NCBI GenBank assembly: GCA_964016885.1
Contig: OZ024763.1
Span: 7,936,001-8,000,000, forward strand
DNA: 64,000 bases
Direction of reading: 5' to 3'
Source of the DNA: Eledone cirrhosa
Taxonomy: Eukaryota
The position numbers and the translations under genes were made by a program. Shown here one piece after another: positions 1 through 14,819 of the stretch. The notes beneath the pieces are model-generated. The model was given only the letters and a program-made list of their open reading frames with translations, did no database searches and had not been told where the DNA came from. Position 1 is the first letter of the stretch. Each line of letters opens with the position of its first letter.

Positions 1-125
1 GTTGGTGTTGGTGGTGGTGGTGGTGTTGGTGGTGGTTGTGGTGGTGGGGTTTGTGGTGGTGATGGTGATGATGGTGGTGGTGGTGGTGGTGGTGATGGTG
101 ATGGTGGTGATGAGGATAGCAACAA

Positions 126-320
126 TAATAATTGTTTCTACTTTAGGCACAAGGCCAGCAATTACCCCAGTGAATTACTGGTACTTTATTTTATCGACCC
201 CCGTAAAGGATGAAAGGTAAAGTTAACCTCGGCGGGATTTGAACTCAGAACATTAAAGGGACGTAACTCTATGCTGGAAAGCATGGCGACCGACTCTCTG
301 CCGACACTGGCAATCTACAT
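126..320 (-). mobile_element. tRNA-derived SINE with Nin/Deu-type central domain
   Basis: Reverse complement has a tRNA-like head with B-box GAGTTCAAATCC, followed by CCTTTCATCC..GGGGTCGATAAAATAAAGTACCAG and the tail GCTGGCCTTGTGCCTAAAGTAGAAAC. More than 10 related copies are in the window. Confidence 0.8.
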
Positions 321-329
321 TATAACCAC

Positions 330-780
330 CTAGAGGTGAATCGGGTGCTCCACCAATCCTGAACCACCCAACAGCTCGAGGGTACTACACAGGAAAGGTA
401 CTCTTCTCCTCCTAAACGCACATGCTCAGAGTAGGGCCACTCACCCAAGCCACATTCACCCCCCTTCTAACAATGTAGTGGGAGGGCAGCACTTCTCTCT
501 CACCTTTCTTTCCAAGTGAAACTTTACAAAGCTACGGAACTGACCAAAGAGAAGAGTGTCTGTGTTCAGTCCTTTCAACCGGGTCCACTGTAAAACATGT
601 TTCGCTACGGCCACCAGACAGAGGTAAATTACCTGCCCTTCCCGGCCGAAACATAGGTGTTCCACATAACTCCACAAGTCAGCAATGCGCGGACACTGGA
701 CAAGTGCTTGCAGAACAGTTTCGACCCTCTGTGTCTATCTCAGGCAGGTCCTTCTGACAGCGCTTCCACACCTGTTGAGA
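330..780 (-). mobile_element. Degenerate 3' end of an L1/Tx1-type LINE ORF2 (zf-RVT-like region)
   Basis: The minus strand reads ETVLQALVQCPRIADLWSYVEH...YLCLVAVAKHVLQWTRLKG, which resembles the C-terminal Cys/His region of L1/Tx1 ORF2. It is frameshifted. Confidence 0.55.
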
Positions 781-814
781 ATAATAACAGTATTGATGAT
801 GATGATGATAGTAA

Positions 815-970
815 TAGCTGTTTCTATTTTGGGCGCAAGGCCAGCAATTTATCCAGTGTATTACTGGTACTTTATTTTATCTACCCCGTAATGACTGTTT
901 CTGCTTTTGGCACAAAGCCAGCAATTACCCCGGTGTATTACTGGTACTTTATGTTATTGACCCTGTAAAA
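815..970 (-). mobile_element. Two truncated Nin/Deu-type SINE 3' fragments
   Basis: Two near-copies of TTTGG(C/GC)ACAA(G/A)GCCAGCAATT..GTGTATTACTGGTACTTTAT. Confidence 0.7.
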
Positions 971-1029
971 TACAGTAGACATCACTACCATGAACACCAC
1001 CACCACTACTACCACCTATACTACACCAC

Positions 1030-4000
1030 TGTTTATCACTACCACCACCACCACCTCTACTACAACCTATACTACATCACTATCCGGTACCCCCACCTCT
1101 ACTACAACCTATACTACATCACTATCCACTACCCCCACCTCTACTACAACCTATACTACATCACTATCCGGTACCCGCACCTCTACTACAACCTATACTA
1201 CATCACTATCAGGTACCACCACCTCTACTACAACCTATACTACATCACTATCCACTACCCCCACCTCTACTACAACCTATACTACATCACTACCACCACC
1301 ACCACCTCTACTACAACCTATACTACATCACTATCCGGTACCCCCACCTCTACTACAACCTATACTACATCACTATCAGGTACCACCACCTCTACTACAA
1401 CCTATACTACATCACTATCAGGTACCCCCACTTCTACTACAACCTATACTACATCACTACCACCACCACCACCTCTACTACAACCTATACTACATCACTA
1501 TCCGGTACCCCCACCTCTACTACAACCTATACTACATCACTATCTGGTACCACCACCTCTACTACAACCTATACTAAATCACTATCCACTACCCTCACCT
1601 CTACTACAACCTATACTACATCACTACCACTACCACCACCTCTACTACAACCTATACTACATCACTATCAGGTACCCCCACCTCTACTACAACCTATACT
1701 ACATCACTATCAGGTACCCCCACCTCTACTACAACCTATACTACATCACTACCACCACCACCACCTCTACTACAACCTATACTACATCACTATCCACTAC
1801 CCCCACCTCTACTACAACCTATACTACATCACTACCACCACCACCACCTCTACTACAACCTATACTACATCACTATCCACTACCCCCACCTCTACTACAA
1901 CCTATACTACATCACTATCAGGTACCCCCACCTCTACTACAACCTATACTACATCACTATCCGGTACCCCCACCTCTACTACAACCTATACTACATCACT
2001 ATCAGGTACCCCCACCTCTACTACAACCTATACTACATCACTATCAGATACCCCCACCCCTACTACAACCTATACTACATCACTATCAGGTACCCCCACC
2101 TCTACTACAACCTATACTACATCACTATCCGGTACCCCCACCTCTACTACAACCTATACTACATCACTATCAGGTACCCCCACCTCTACTACAACCTATA
2201 CTACATCACTATCAGGTACCCCCCCACCTCTACTACAACCTATACTACATCACTATCCGGTACCCCCCACCTCTACTACAACCTATACTACATCACTATC
2301 AGGTACCCCACCTCTACTACAACCTATACTACATCACTATCCGGTACCCCCACCTCTACTACAACCTATACTACATCACTATCAGGTACCCCCACCTCTA
2401 CTACAACCTATACTACATCACTATCAGGTACCCCCACCTCTACTACAACCTATACTACATCACTATCCGGTACCCCCACCTCTACTACAACCTATACTAC
2501 ATCACTATCAGGTACCCCCACCTCTACTACAACCTATACTACATCACTATCAGGTACCCCCACCTCTACTACAACCTATACTACATCACTATCAGGTACC
2601 CCCACCTCTACTACAACCTATACTACATCACTATCAGGTACCCCCACCCCTACTACAACCTATACTACATCACTATCAGGTACCCCCACCTCTACTACAA
2701 CCTATACTACATCACTATCCGGTACCCCCACCTCTACTACAACCTATACTACATCACTATCAGGTACCCCCACCTCTACTACAACCTATACTACATCACT
2801 ATCAGGTACCCCCCCACCTCTACTACAACCTATACTACATCACTATCCGGTACCCCCACCTCTACTACAACCTATACTACATCACTATCAGGTACCCCAC
2901 CTCTACTACAACCTATACTACATCACTATCCGGTACCCCCACCTCTACTACAACCTATACTACATCACTATCAGGTACCCCCACCTCTACTACAACCTAT
3001 ACTACATCACTATCAGGTACCCCCACCTCTACTACAACCTATACTACATCACTATCCGGTACCCCCACCTCTACTACAACCTATACTACATCACTATCAG
3101 GTACCCCCACCTCTGCTACAACCTATACTACATCACTATCAGGTACCCCCACCTCTACTACAACCTATACTACATCACTATCAGGTACCCCACCTCTACT
3201 ACAACCTATACTACATCACTATCAGGTACCCCCACCTCTACTACAACCTATACTACATCACTATCCGGTGCCCGCACCTCTACTACAACCTATACTACAT
3301 CACTATCAGGTACCCCCACCTCTACTACAACCTATACTACATCACTATCAGGTACCCCCACCTCTACTACAACCTATACTACATCACTATCAGGTACCCC
3401 CACCTCTACTACAACCTATACTACATCACTATCAGGTACCCCCACCTCTACTACAACCTATACTACATCACTATCAGGTACCCCCACCTCTACTACAACC
3501 TATACTACATCACTATCCGGTACCCGCACCTCTACTACAACCTATACTACATCACTATCAGGTACCCCCACCTCTACTACAACCTATACTACATCACTAT
3601 CCGGTACCCGCACCTCTACTACAACCTATACTACATCACTATCAGGTACCCCCACCTCTACTACAACCTATACTACATCACTATCAGGTACCCCCACCTC
3701 TACTACAACCTATACTACATCACTATCCGGTGCCCGCACCTCTACTACAACCTATACTACATCACTATCAGGTACCCCCACCTCTACTACAACCTATACT
3801 ACATCACTATCAGGTACCCCCACCTCTACTACAACCTATACTACATCACTATCCGGTACCCGCACCTCTACTACAACCTATACTACATCACTATCAGGTA
3901 CCCCCACCTCTACTACAACCTATACTACATCACTATCCGGTACCCCCACCTCTACTACAACCTATACTACATCACTATCCGGTACCCGCACCTCTACTAC

Positions 4001-4992
4001 AACCTATACTACATCACTATCAGGTACCCCCACCTCTACTACAACCTATACTACATCACTATCCGGTACCACCACCTCTACTACAACCTATACTACATCA
4101 CTATCAGGTACCCCCACCTCTACTACAACCTATACTACATCACTATCAGGTACCCCCACCTCTACTACAACCTATACTACATCACTATCAGGTACCCCCA
4201 CCTCTACTACAACCTATACTACATCACTATCAGGTACCCCCACCTCTACTACAACCTATACTACATCACTATCAGGTACCCCCACCTCTACTACAACCTA
4301 TACTACATCACTATCCGGTACCCGCACCTCTACTACAACCTATACTACATCACTATCAGGTACCCCCACCTCTACTACAACCTATACTACATCACTATCC
4401 GGTACCCGCACCTCTACTACAACCTATACTACATCACTATCAGGTACCCCCACCTCTACTACAACCTATACTACATCACTATCAGGTACCCCCACCTCTA
4501 CTACAACCTATACTACATCACTATCCGGTGCCCGCACCTCTACTACAACCTATACTACATCACTATCAGGTACCCCCACCTCTACTACAACCTATACTAC
4601 ATCACTATCAGGTACCCCCACCTCTACTACAACCTATACTACATCACTATCCGGTACCCGCACCTCTACTACAACCTATACTACATCACTATCAGGTACC
4701 CCCACCTCTACTACAACCTATACTACATCACTATCCGGTACCCCCACCTCTACTACAACCTATACTACATCACTATCCGGTACCCGCACCTCTACTACAA
4801 CCTATACTACATCACTATCAGGTACCCCCACCTCTACTACAACCTATACTACATCACTATCCGGTACCACCACCTCTACTACAACCTATACTACATCACT
4901 ATCAGGTACCCCCACCTCTACTACAACCTATACTACATCACTATCAGGTACCACCACCTCTACTACAACCTATACTACATCACTATCCGGTG
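1030..4992. repeat. 42-bp satellite, ~94 copies, with higher-order structure
   Basis: Unit is CACCTCTACTACAACCTATACTACATCACTATCAGGTACCCC. Variant units recur at 798-bp and ~590-bp spacing. Confidence 0.97.
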
Positions 4993-5094
4993 TCTGTCAT
5001 AAAATAAGCCAACAAATATGAAATTGTTGGCTTCAACAATGGAGGAAATAGAGAATAGATTTATATCTGTCATGTTATGGACTGTAGAGATGGA

Positions 5095-6170
<1,076 letters not shown>

Positions 6171-6335
6171 GTAACAGATTATTGTTATAGGTAGTCCACT
6201 TAGGTGTAGTCCAGTTAGGGTACTCCGAGTAGTGGATGATATCAACGCTTGGCTAAGTTTGACTCAACAAGGCGTTTCCATAGTGATGCTGCGAGTACGC
6301 TGTGATTTCTATGTTGTAAACACTTGGAGTAATGA

Positions 6336-6497
6336 TAAATCAGGAAAGAAGAGTGACACGGTTTGTTATACAAAAAAAGGTTTTTAATCTCATTGCTGAC
6401 AATTGTTTCTCTGAACTGGTAGGTCTAGAGAAACAACTGTCAGCAATGAGATTAAAAACCTTTTTTGTATAGCAAACCGTGTCACTCTTCTTTCCTG

Positions 6498-6502
<5 letters not shown>
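6336..6502. repeat. Near-perfect inverted repeat (~78-bp arms), probably a Penelope-like terminal inversion
   Basis: AAATCAGGAAAGAAGAGTGACACGGTTTG...TTGTTTCTCT is mirrored by AGAGAAACAA...CAAACCGTGTCACTCTTCTTTCCTGATTT. It abuts (TA)n. Confidence 0.75.
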
Positions 6503-6551
<49 letters not shown>

Positions 6552-6554
<3 letters not shown>

Positions 6555-6683
6555 CGAGTAGGACCCCGACGACTGAGCTCAAGCCGTTTCGACGGCTAAT
6601 TCATATTACCCACTCTACTACCCTAAGTATTGAGTACTTTGGTGCGTTATGGTCCACCTGGTTCCTTACCACATTTCCTTCGT

Positions 6684-6684
<1 letters not shown>
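6552..6684. mobile_element. Short interspersed element in (TA)n; internally deleted copy of the 25325-25513 element
   Basis: Shares GACCCCGACG.CTGAGCTCAAGCCGTTTCGACGGCTAATTC and TATTACCCACTCTACTACCCTAAGTATTGAGTACTTTGG...CATTTCCTTCGT. Confidence 0.75.
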
Positions 6685-6766
<82 letters not shown>

Positions 6767-7415
6767 CTGTTTTATATATAGACACAAACTTTTGACCTTT
6801 TATATTAACCTTATGTTATCAAAGTTAATTTTCTCGCCCCACCCGAGGACAGTGCTTCATAACACACACTTCATATCTAATTATTTATTTTAGCCAAAGC
6901 AGACTTAATCAATATAAAATTAATTATGAGTAATTCTTGTTCTCTTTAATCCGATTCCTCCCCAGATGCCAGTTCCTTCTCAATCTTAATTCTTGATTTA
7001 GATTTAAATTAATTTTTTTTCATCAGTCTTTGATATATTTTAATTTTAATTTAATTTCAATTTTGTTTCCTTAATTAATAGATGTCTGGTTGAAGTAATG
7101 TTGACTTTAGCCTTGACTTCATCTGAATCAGTAAACATTGCAAGATCGGAAATTCTTCATAAACCAAAATTGGAATTCAGTGAAAGAGCAGGAACCCCTG
7201 GTTGCAGATGACAAAATACTTCCGATGGCCAATAAAATGAGATTTCTTGTTAAATCTGTCGACAGAAGTTTTTAACGCCAAATTCACACGAATGCAACAC
7301 AACTGCTGAAGGCTGCCAACTCAAAAAAAAAAATATATATATATTTAATTAAATAGCTCTGTACTATACATTACATAGAGCACTCTTCTTTCCTTTACCT
7401 TTTCTACAGAAATAC

Positions 7416-7447
<32 letters not shown>

Positions 7448-7713
7448 CGCACATATACATATATATATACACACACACATACATATATATATTTACACAC
7501 ACATACATATATATATATACACACACACACATAAATATATGTTTAGAGAAATTAATAAAACACATGAATTCACCAATTTCGCATTTGAAGGGTTAATATT
7601 TATAAAACTACGAAAAGCAATTCATATGTTGAGTCGAAAACTACTGAATGTTGACACAATCTCCGATTAAAATAACAGAAACCATATATATATATACACA
7701 TATATATATACAC

Positions 7714-7784
<71 letters not shown>

Positions 7785-7977
7785 GAAAATTAATATTTTG
7801 TAAATTTCTCTATACACTCCGCAAATTGTTTCACTTGGAACCTATATTGAAACTGCCACAGGATCTACCAATTGGAATATTTCATACGTTGAGTACAACA
7901 TTACTGTAAGCTGTCTTTGATTCTTGTTGAACAATCAATTTAATTGGTTACACTAACGGAAATTGAATAACACTAGA

Positions 7978-8013
<36 letters not shown>

Positions 8014-8125
8014 TATATATATTAATTAAAATAACAGATTAAAGTTTAAGCAAAGAATCGGTGCTTTAACCCTTAACGGGATCGAGCCCTCTTTGGATTT
8101 TAGTCTTCAAATTTATTACTATTAC

Positions 8126-8164
<39 letters not shown>

Positions 8165-8273
8165 ATGTATATATTTCTGTTACATGGTTATTCATGTGAC
8201 GTGTATATATATAATAGTACAGTGTAGTGCTTTTTTAAAAGAAAAAAACCCCGGCTGTTCTGTCGAACCTATG

Positions 8274-8509
8274 TAAGGGCCGGTGTTATGTGGATGACGG
8301 GGCCGTTTCTAACAGATATTAACATTGCTCGGGTTAACAACTTCTCTGTTATTAAGGGCCAGTGTTATGTGGATGACGGAGCCGTTTCTAACAGATATTA
8401 ACATTGCTCGGGTTAACAACTTCTCTGTTATTAAGGGCCAGTGTTATGTGGATGACGGAGCCGTTTCTAACAGATATTAACATTGCTCGGGTTAACAACT
8501 TCTCTGTTA
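8274..8509 (+). repeat. 79-bp tandem triplication overlapping the 5' end of the coding exon
   Basis: TAAGGGCC starts at 8274, 8353 and 8432. Each unit contains ATGTGGATG and TTTCTAACAG. Confidence 0.95.
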
Positions 8510-10034
8510 CGACAATCCCACTGGTTGCTACGCCTGATTGGCAAAACGTATCAAGTATCTGGCGGTGGGCCTGGAATATACATGTCTATACGATAGCTCT
8601 GCTCTTTTACCTGCTCTCTACCTTCTGTGTAGTGTCACTGTTCCATGGACGCAAAAGGCTCAAAAAGAAGACATTCGGTGTGACCCTTTCCATTCTGTTT
8701 GCGATCGGTATATTCAGAGGAAGCTACTTTGTACTGGACCCGTACGGATGTAACAATCTTCTCCCTGCTGTCTTTAGACAACTTCTATTTGATATAACCT
8801 ACCCATGTCTAACAACATCTTATAGCCTCGTTCAAATTATGATTCTAAGGATTACAAAGGTGGACGTTGGACCAACACGGATCGTAAACAAACAATATGT
8901 TTTATTTGTGACAACGTTATATTTTGTGTGTCTCACTGTCGTCGATATATCGATAGGAATCCATGATGATCTGCGACTCCTACTTCTACTACCTAATGCC
9001 TTCTTCATTATCTGGTCCATTTACCTGAGTATCACGTTTATCTACAATGGCTTCAAGCTCAACCATTACGTTGCTGAGATTAAGAGGGCCAGGAAAGAGC
9101 TGAGTTCTTACAGTTTAGCGAAACGGTCTTGTAGCCAGGAGAACATGTTGTCACGGTCGGCCACGACTCAACGCTTGACCAAACCGCAGATACGCATCAC
9201 CGACGAAGACAACCAAACCTACAGTATCGTTAGTGAAGATGAGTCAACCGTGTCTGATCTGAATGAACTGGCTATTTTCAGTCCGGCGTCAAACAGTGAT
9301 TTAAAAACAATGTCAGCCAAAGTGGGTTCCTTGTTAGACAGCAGGTTACTTCTAAAGGCACAGACAGCTGACTTCCAGCTTTTGGCTGAGGACTCAGTTG
9401 GGACCGAAACCACATTTGCTGACTCGATGTGTCAGGAGTTAAACGAGATGAAAAATGGTGATTTCGTAAACTTACAATATTTAGTGAATGAGAACTGTGC
9501 AATGCTGCACAGCAGCGACCTCTACATTGAAGAAACTCTGGACGAAACGGAATTCAAAGAGAGGAGGAATTCGGTGAGACCGAACTGGTGCAGCATTTCG
9601 GCAATTCTACCCCGTACGACAACCACATCAACGGACATCACAGACTGTGATGAGAGCTACCTGGTCGACAATGGTTACATGGCAGACACGGAGGTTCCGA
9701 CATCGTGTCCCAGAAGCAAAAAACACAAAAACAAGCGCAAATGTTCCGTCGACCCGTCGGAATCGCGGGACGCTGACAGTGTCGAGACGCCATTACCAAT
9801 AGCCACGTCTTGGCACTCCAAACTGATGGTGTCAAGCCCATCAACGTTGAGCTTACATCGCATTCGTCAGAGCAGGATGCTCCACCGAGTGATGCGGCTG
9901 ACATACAGCACAACATTCTTGCTTATTGTAGCATGTCTTTTTCAGCTTTATTCCTTATTTGGGATATACGGATTATTCTCACGGATAGCCAATCCTGATC
10001 CATGGCCTTGGCTTGTCTTCCAGACATTCTACAG
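8446..10034 (+). CDS. PRRT3/PRRT4-like multi-pass (7TM) membrane protein, major exon; 5' boundary is either ATG 8446 or a phase-1 acceptor at 8474
   Basis: Long non-repetitive ORF. The motifs WNIHVY..LF, FRG.YFVLDPYG, YPCLT and PWPWLVFQTFYR resemble the PRRT3/4 TM domain. It has five TM segments, a ~280-aa acidic Ser-rich loop, TM6 and half of TM7. It ends at the donor ACAG|GTACGT (phase 2). Confidence 0.85.
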
Positions 10035-10035
10035 G

Positions 10036-13000
10036 TACGTTAACTGTTTCTAGACTTAACACGTGTTCACTGTTTACATACGTTAACTATTTCTAGACTT
10101 AACACGTGTTCACTGTTTACATACGTTAACTATTTCTAGACTTAACACTTGTTCACTGTTTACATACGTTAATTGTTTCTAGACTTAACACTTGTTCACT
10201 GTTTAAATACGTTAACTGTTTCTAGACTTAACACTTGTTCACTGTTTACATACGTTAATTGTTTCTAGACTTAACACTTGTTCACTGTTTACATATGTTA
10301 ACTATTTCTAGACTTAACACTTGTTCATTGTTTACATACGTTAACTATTTCTAGACTTAACACTTGTTCATTGTTTACATACGTTAACTGTTTCTAGACT
10401 TAACACTTGTTCATTGTTTACATACGTTAATTGTTTCTAGACTTAACACTTGTTCACTGTTTAAATACGTTAACTGTTTCTAGACTTAACACTTGTTCAC
10501 TGTTTACATACGTTAATTGTTTCTAGACTTAACACTTGTTCACTGTTTACATACGTTAACTGTTTCTAGACTTAACACTTGTTCACTGTTTACATACGTT
10601 AATTGTTTCTAGACTTAACACTTGTTCACTGTTTACATACGTTAACTGTTTCTAGACTTAACACTTGTTCACTGTTTACATATGTTAATTGTTTCTAGAC
10701 TTAACAATTGTTCATTGTTTACATACGTTAACTGTTTCTAGACTTAACACTTGTTCACTGTTTACATACGTTAATTGTTTCTAGACTTAACACTTGTTCA
10801 CTGTTTACATACGTTAACTGTTTCTAGACTTAACACTTGTTCACTGTTTACATACGTTAATTGTTTCTAGACTTAACACTTGTTCACTGTTTACATACGT
10901 TAATTGTTTCTAGACTTAACACTTGTTCACTGTTTACATACGTTAACTGTTTCTAGACTTAACACTTGTTCACTGTTTACATACGTTAATTGTTTCTAGA
11001 CTTAACACTTGTTCACTGTTTACATACGTTAATTGTTTCTAGACTTAACACTTGTTCACTGTTTACATACGTTAATTGTTTCTAGACTTAACACTTGTTC
11101 ACTGTTTAAATACGTTAACTGTTTCTAGACTTAACACTTGTTCACTGTTTAAATACGTTAACTGTTTCTAGACTTAACACTTGTTCACTGTTTAAATACG
11201 TTAACTGTTTCTAGACTTAACACTTGTTCACTGTTTAAATACGTTAACTGTTTCTAGACTTAACACTTGTTCACTGTTTACATACGTTAATTGTTTCTAG
11301 ACTTAACACTTGTTCACTGTTTACATACGTTAATTGTTTCTAGACTTAACACTTGTTCACTGTTTACATACGTTAATTGTTTCTAGACTTAACACTTGTT
11401 CACTGTTTAAATACGTTAACTGTTTCTAGACTTAACACTTGTTCATTGTTTACATACGTTAATTGTTTCTAGACTTAACACTTGTTCACTGTTTACATAC
11501 GTTAATTGTTTCTAGACTTAACACTTGTTCACTGTTTACATACGTTAACTGTTTCTAGACTTAACATGCGTTCACTGTTTACATACGTTAATTGTTTCTA
11601 GACTTAACACTTGTTCATTGTTTACATACGTTAATTGTTTCTAGACTCAACACTTGTTCACTGTTTACATACGTTAATTGTTTCTAGACTTAACACTTGT
11701 TCACTGTTTACATACGTTAACTGTTTCTAGACTTAACATGTGTTCACTGTTTACATACGTTAATTGTTTCTAGATTTAACACTTGTTCATTGTTTACATA
11801 CGTTAATTGTTTCTAGACTTAACACTTGTTCATTGTTTACATACGTTAATTGTTTCTAGACTTAACACTTGTTCATTGTTTACATACGTTAATTGTTTCT
11901 AGACTTAACAATTGTTCACTGTTTACATACGTTAATTGTTTCTAGACTTAACAATTGTTCACTGTTTACATACGTTAATTGTTTCTAGACTTAACACTTG
12001 TTCACTGTTTACATACGTTAATTGTTTCTAGACTTAACTCTTGTTCATTGTTTAAATACGTTAATTGTTTCTAGACTTAACACTTGTTCACTGTTTACAT
12101 ACGTTAATTAACATTTGTTCACTGTTTACATACGTTAATTGTTTCTAGACTTAACACTTGTTCACTGTTTAAATACGTTAATTGTTTCTAGACTTAACAC
12201 TTGTTCACTGTTTACATACGTTAATTGTTTCTAGACTTAACACTTGTTCATTGTTTAAATACGTTAATTGTTTCTAGACTTAACACTTGTTCACTGTTTA
12301 CATACGTTAATTAACATTTGTTCACTGTTTACATACGTTAATTGTTTCTAGACTTAACACTTGTTCACTGTTTAAATACGTTAATTGTTTCTAGACTTAA
12401 CACTTGTTCACTGTTTACATACGTTAATTGTTTCTAGACTTAACACTTGTTCATTGTTTAAATACGTTAATTGTTTCTAGACTTAACACTTGTTCACTGT
12501 TTACATACGTTAATTAACATTTGTTCACTGTTTACATACGTTAATTGTTTCTAGACTTAACACTTGTTCACTGTTTACATACGTTAATTGTTTCTAGACT
12601 TAACACTTGTTCACTGTTTAAATACGTTAATTGTTTCTAGACTTAACACTTGTTCACTGTTTACATACGTTAATTAACATTTGTTCACTGTTTACATACG
12701 TTAATTGTTTCTAGACTTAACACTTGTTCATTGTTTAAATACGTTAATTGTTTCTAGACTTAACACTTGTTCATTGTTTAAATACGTTAATTGTTTCTAG
12801 ACTTAACACTTGTTCATTGTTTAAATACGTTAATTGTTTCTAGACTTAACACTTGTTCATTGTTTAAATACGTTAATTGTTTCTAGACTTAACACTTGTT
12901 CATTGTTTAAATACGTTAATTGTTTCTAGACTTAACACTTGTTCATTGTTTAAATACGTTAATTGTTTCTAGACTTAACACTTGTTCATTGTTTAAATAC

Positions 13001-13860
13001 GTTAATTGTTTCTAGACTTAACACTTGTTCACTGTTTACATACGTTAATTGTTTCTAGACTTAACACTTGTTCATTGTTTAAATACGTTAATTGTTTCTA
13101 GACTTAACACTTGTTCTCTGTTTACATACATTAATTGTTTCTAGACTTAACACTTGTTCACTGTTTACATACGTTAACTGTTTCTAGACTTAACACTTGT
13201 TCACTGTTTACATATGTTAATTGTTTCTAGACTTAACACTTGTTCACTGTTTACATATGTTAATTGTTTCTAGACTTAACACTTGTTCACTGTTTACATA
13301 CGTTAACTGTTTCTAGACTTAACACTTGTTCACTGTTTACATATGTTAATTGTTTCTAGACTTAACACTTGTTCACTGTTTACATACGTTAACTGTTTCT
13401 AGATTAACACTTGTTCACTGTTTACATACATTAATTGTTTCTAGACTTAACACTTGTTCACTGTTTACATACGTTAATTGTTTCTAGACTTAACACTTGT
13501 TCACTGTTTACACACGTTAATTGTTTCTAGACTTAACACTTGTTCACTGTTTACATACGTTAACTGTTTCTAGACTTAACACTTGTTCAGTTTACATATG
13601 TTAATTGTTTCTAGACTTAACACTTGTTCACTGTTTACATATGTTAATTGTTTCTAGACTTAACACTTGTTCACTGTTTACATACGTTAATTGTTTCTAG
13701 ACTTAACACTTGTTCACTGTTTACATATGTTAATTGTTTCTAGACTTAACACTTGTTCACTGTTTACATACGTTAACTGTTTCTAGACTTAACACTTGTT
13801 CACTGTTTACATATGTTAATTGTTTCTAGACTTAACACTTGTTCACTGTTTAAATACGTT
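10036..13860. repeat. 43-bp satellite, ~89 copies, beginning at the splice donor
   Basis: Unit is TACGTTAA(C/T)TGTTTCTAGACTTAACACTTGTTCACTGTTTACA. A few units are internally deleted. Confidence 0.97.
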
Positions 13861-13879
13861 CGGTATTTCTAGACCTAAT

Positions 13880-14090
13880 AGGGCAGTGGATTGGCAGTAT
13901 CAGTAGAGAGTCGAACACCATGCTCTGCAGCATAGAGTTACGCCTCTTTATGATTTGAGTTCAAATCCCACCGAGGTTAACTTTACCTTTCATCCTTACG
14001 AGGTCGATAAAATAAAGTACCAGTCACGCACTGGGGTCAATTTAATCGACTTTGCCCTCCCCAAAAATTGTTGACCTATATGAGAAACCA
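13880..14090 (+). mobile_element. Nin/Deu-type tRNA SINE inserted into the last satellite unit
   Basis: It has the head GGATTGGCAGTATCAGTAGAG, B-box GAGTTCAAATCC and core CCTTTCATCC..GGTCGATAAAATAAAGTACCAG. The satellite remainder TTGTTCACTGTTTACATATGTT resumes at ~14095. Confidence 0.8.
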
Positions 14091-14819
14091 TTATTTGTTC
14101 ACTGTTTACATATGTTCATTATTTCCATGTTTGTGTGTGTGCGAGTATGTCAGTATATGTGTAAGCATATCAGTGTGTGTGTATGTGTGTCAGTATATAT
14201 ATATGTGTGTATGCATGTCAGTGTAATATGTGTGTGTGTCAGTGCATATAAAAGTATGTATGTCAGTATATATACGTGTCTGTGTATGTCAGTGTTATAT
14301 ATATTTATATACATGTGTGTGTATGTCAATGAGGTTGTGTATGACATATTGATAGAATCTATCAACAACCAAATATATTTGTGTGTATATATATATGTCA
14401 ATGTATATATAAATCAGTGTATATATATGTGTATATATAAATCAGTGTATATATATGTGTATATATATCAATGTGGTTGTGTAAGATATATTGATATATT
14501 CTCTCAACAACCAAGTACAACCATATCATTCCAATATCATTATATCAATATATAGACATATGGATATATCAATATCCACGGATAACAAATAGGGATATAA
14601 GATAAAACTGACAGCCAATATATTATATAGCTTATATCATATAGGTTATGATATAACATAGTTTGTGATATATTATATAGGTTATATCATAGAGTTTATG
14701 ATATAATATAGGTTATGAGATATCATAGTTTGTGATATATAGTTTGACATCATAGTTATATATCATATAGTTTATGATAGGACCCCTCCCTACACACCAT
14801 CAACTTCTGCCATTCACAC

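Noticed and set aside
3268-5007. 579-aa [14 protein letters not shown] repeat ORF
   Set aside because: It is a translation of the 42-bp satellite, whose unit has no stop in any + frame. It starts at GTG and has no unique domain.
8404-10053. ORF-track boundaries taken as a single-exon 549-aa gene
   Set aside because: It starts at TTG inside the 79-bp repeat and ends in satellite sequence past a good donor, so TM7 would be incomplete.
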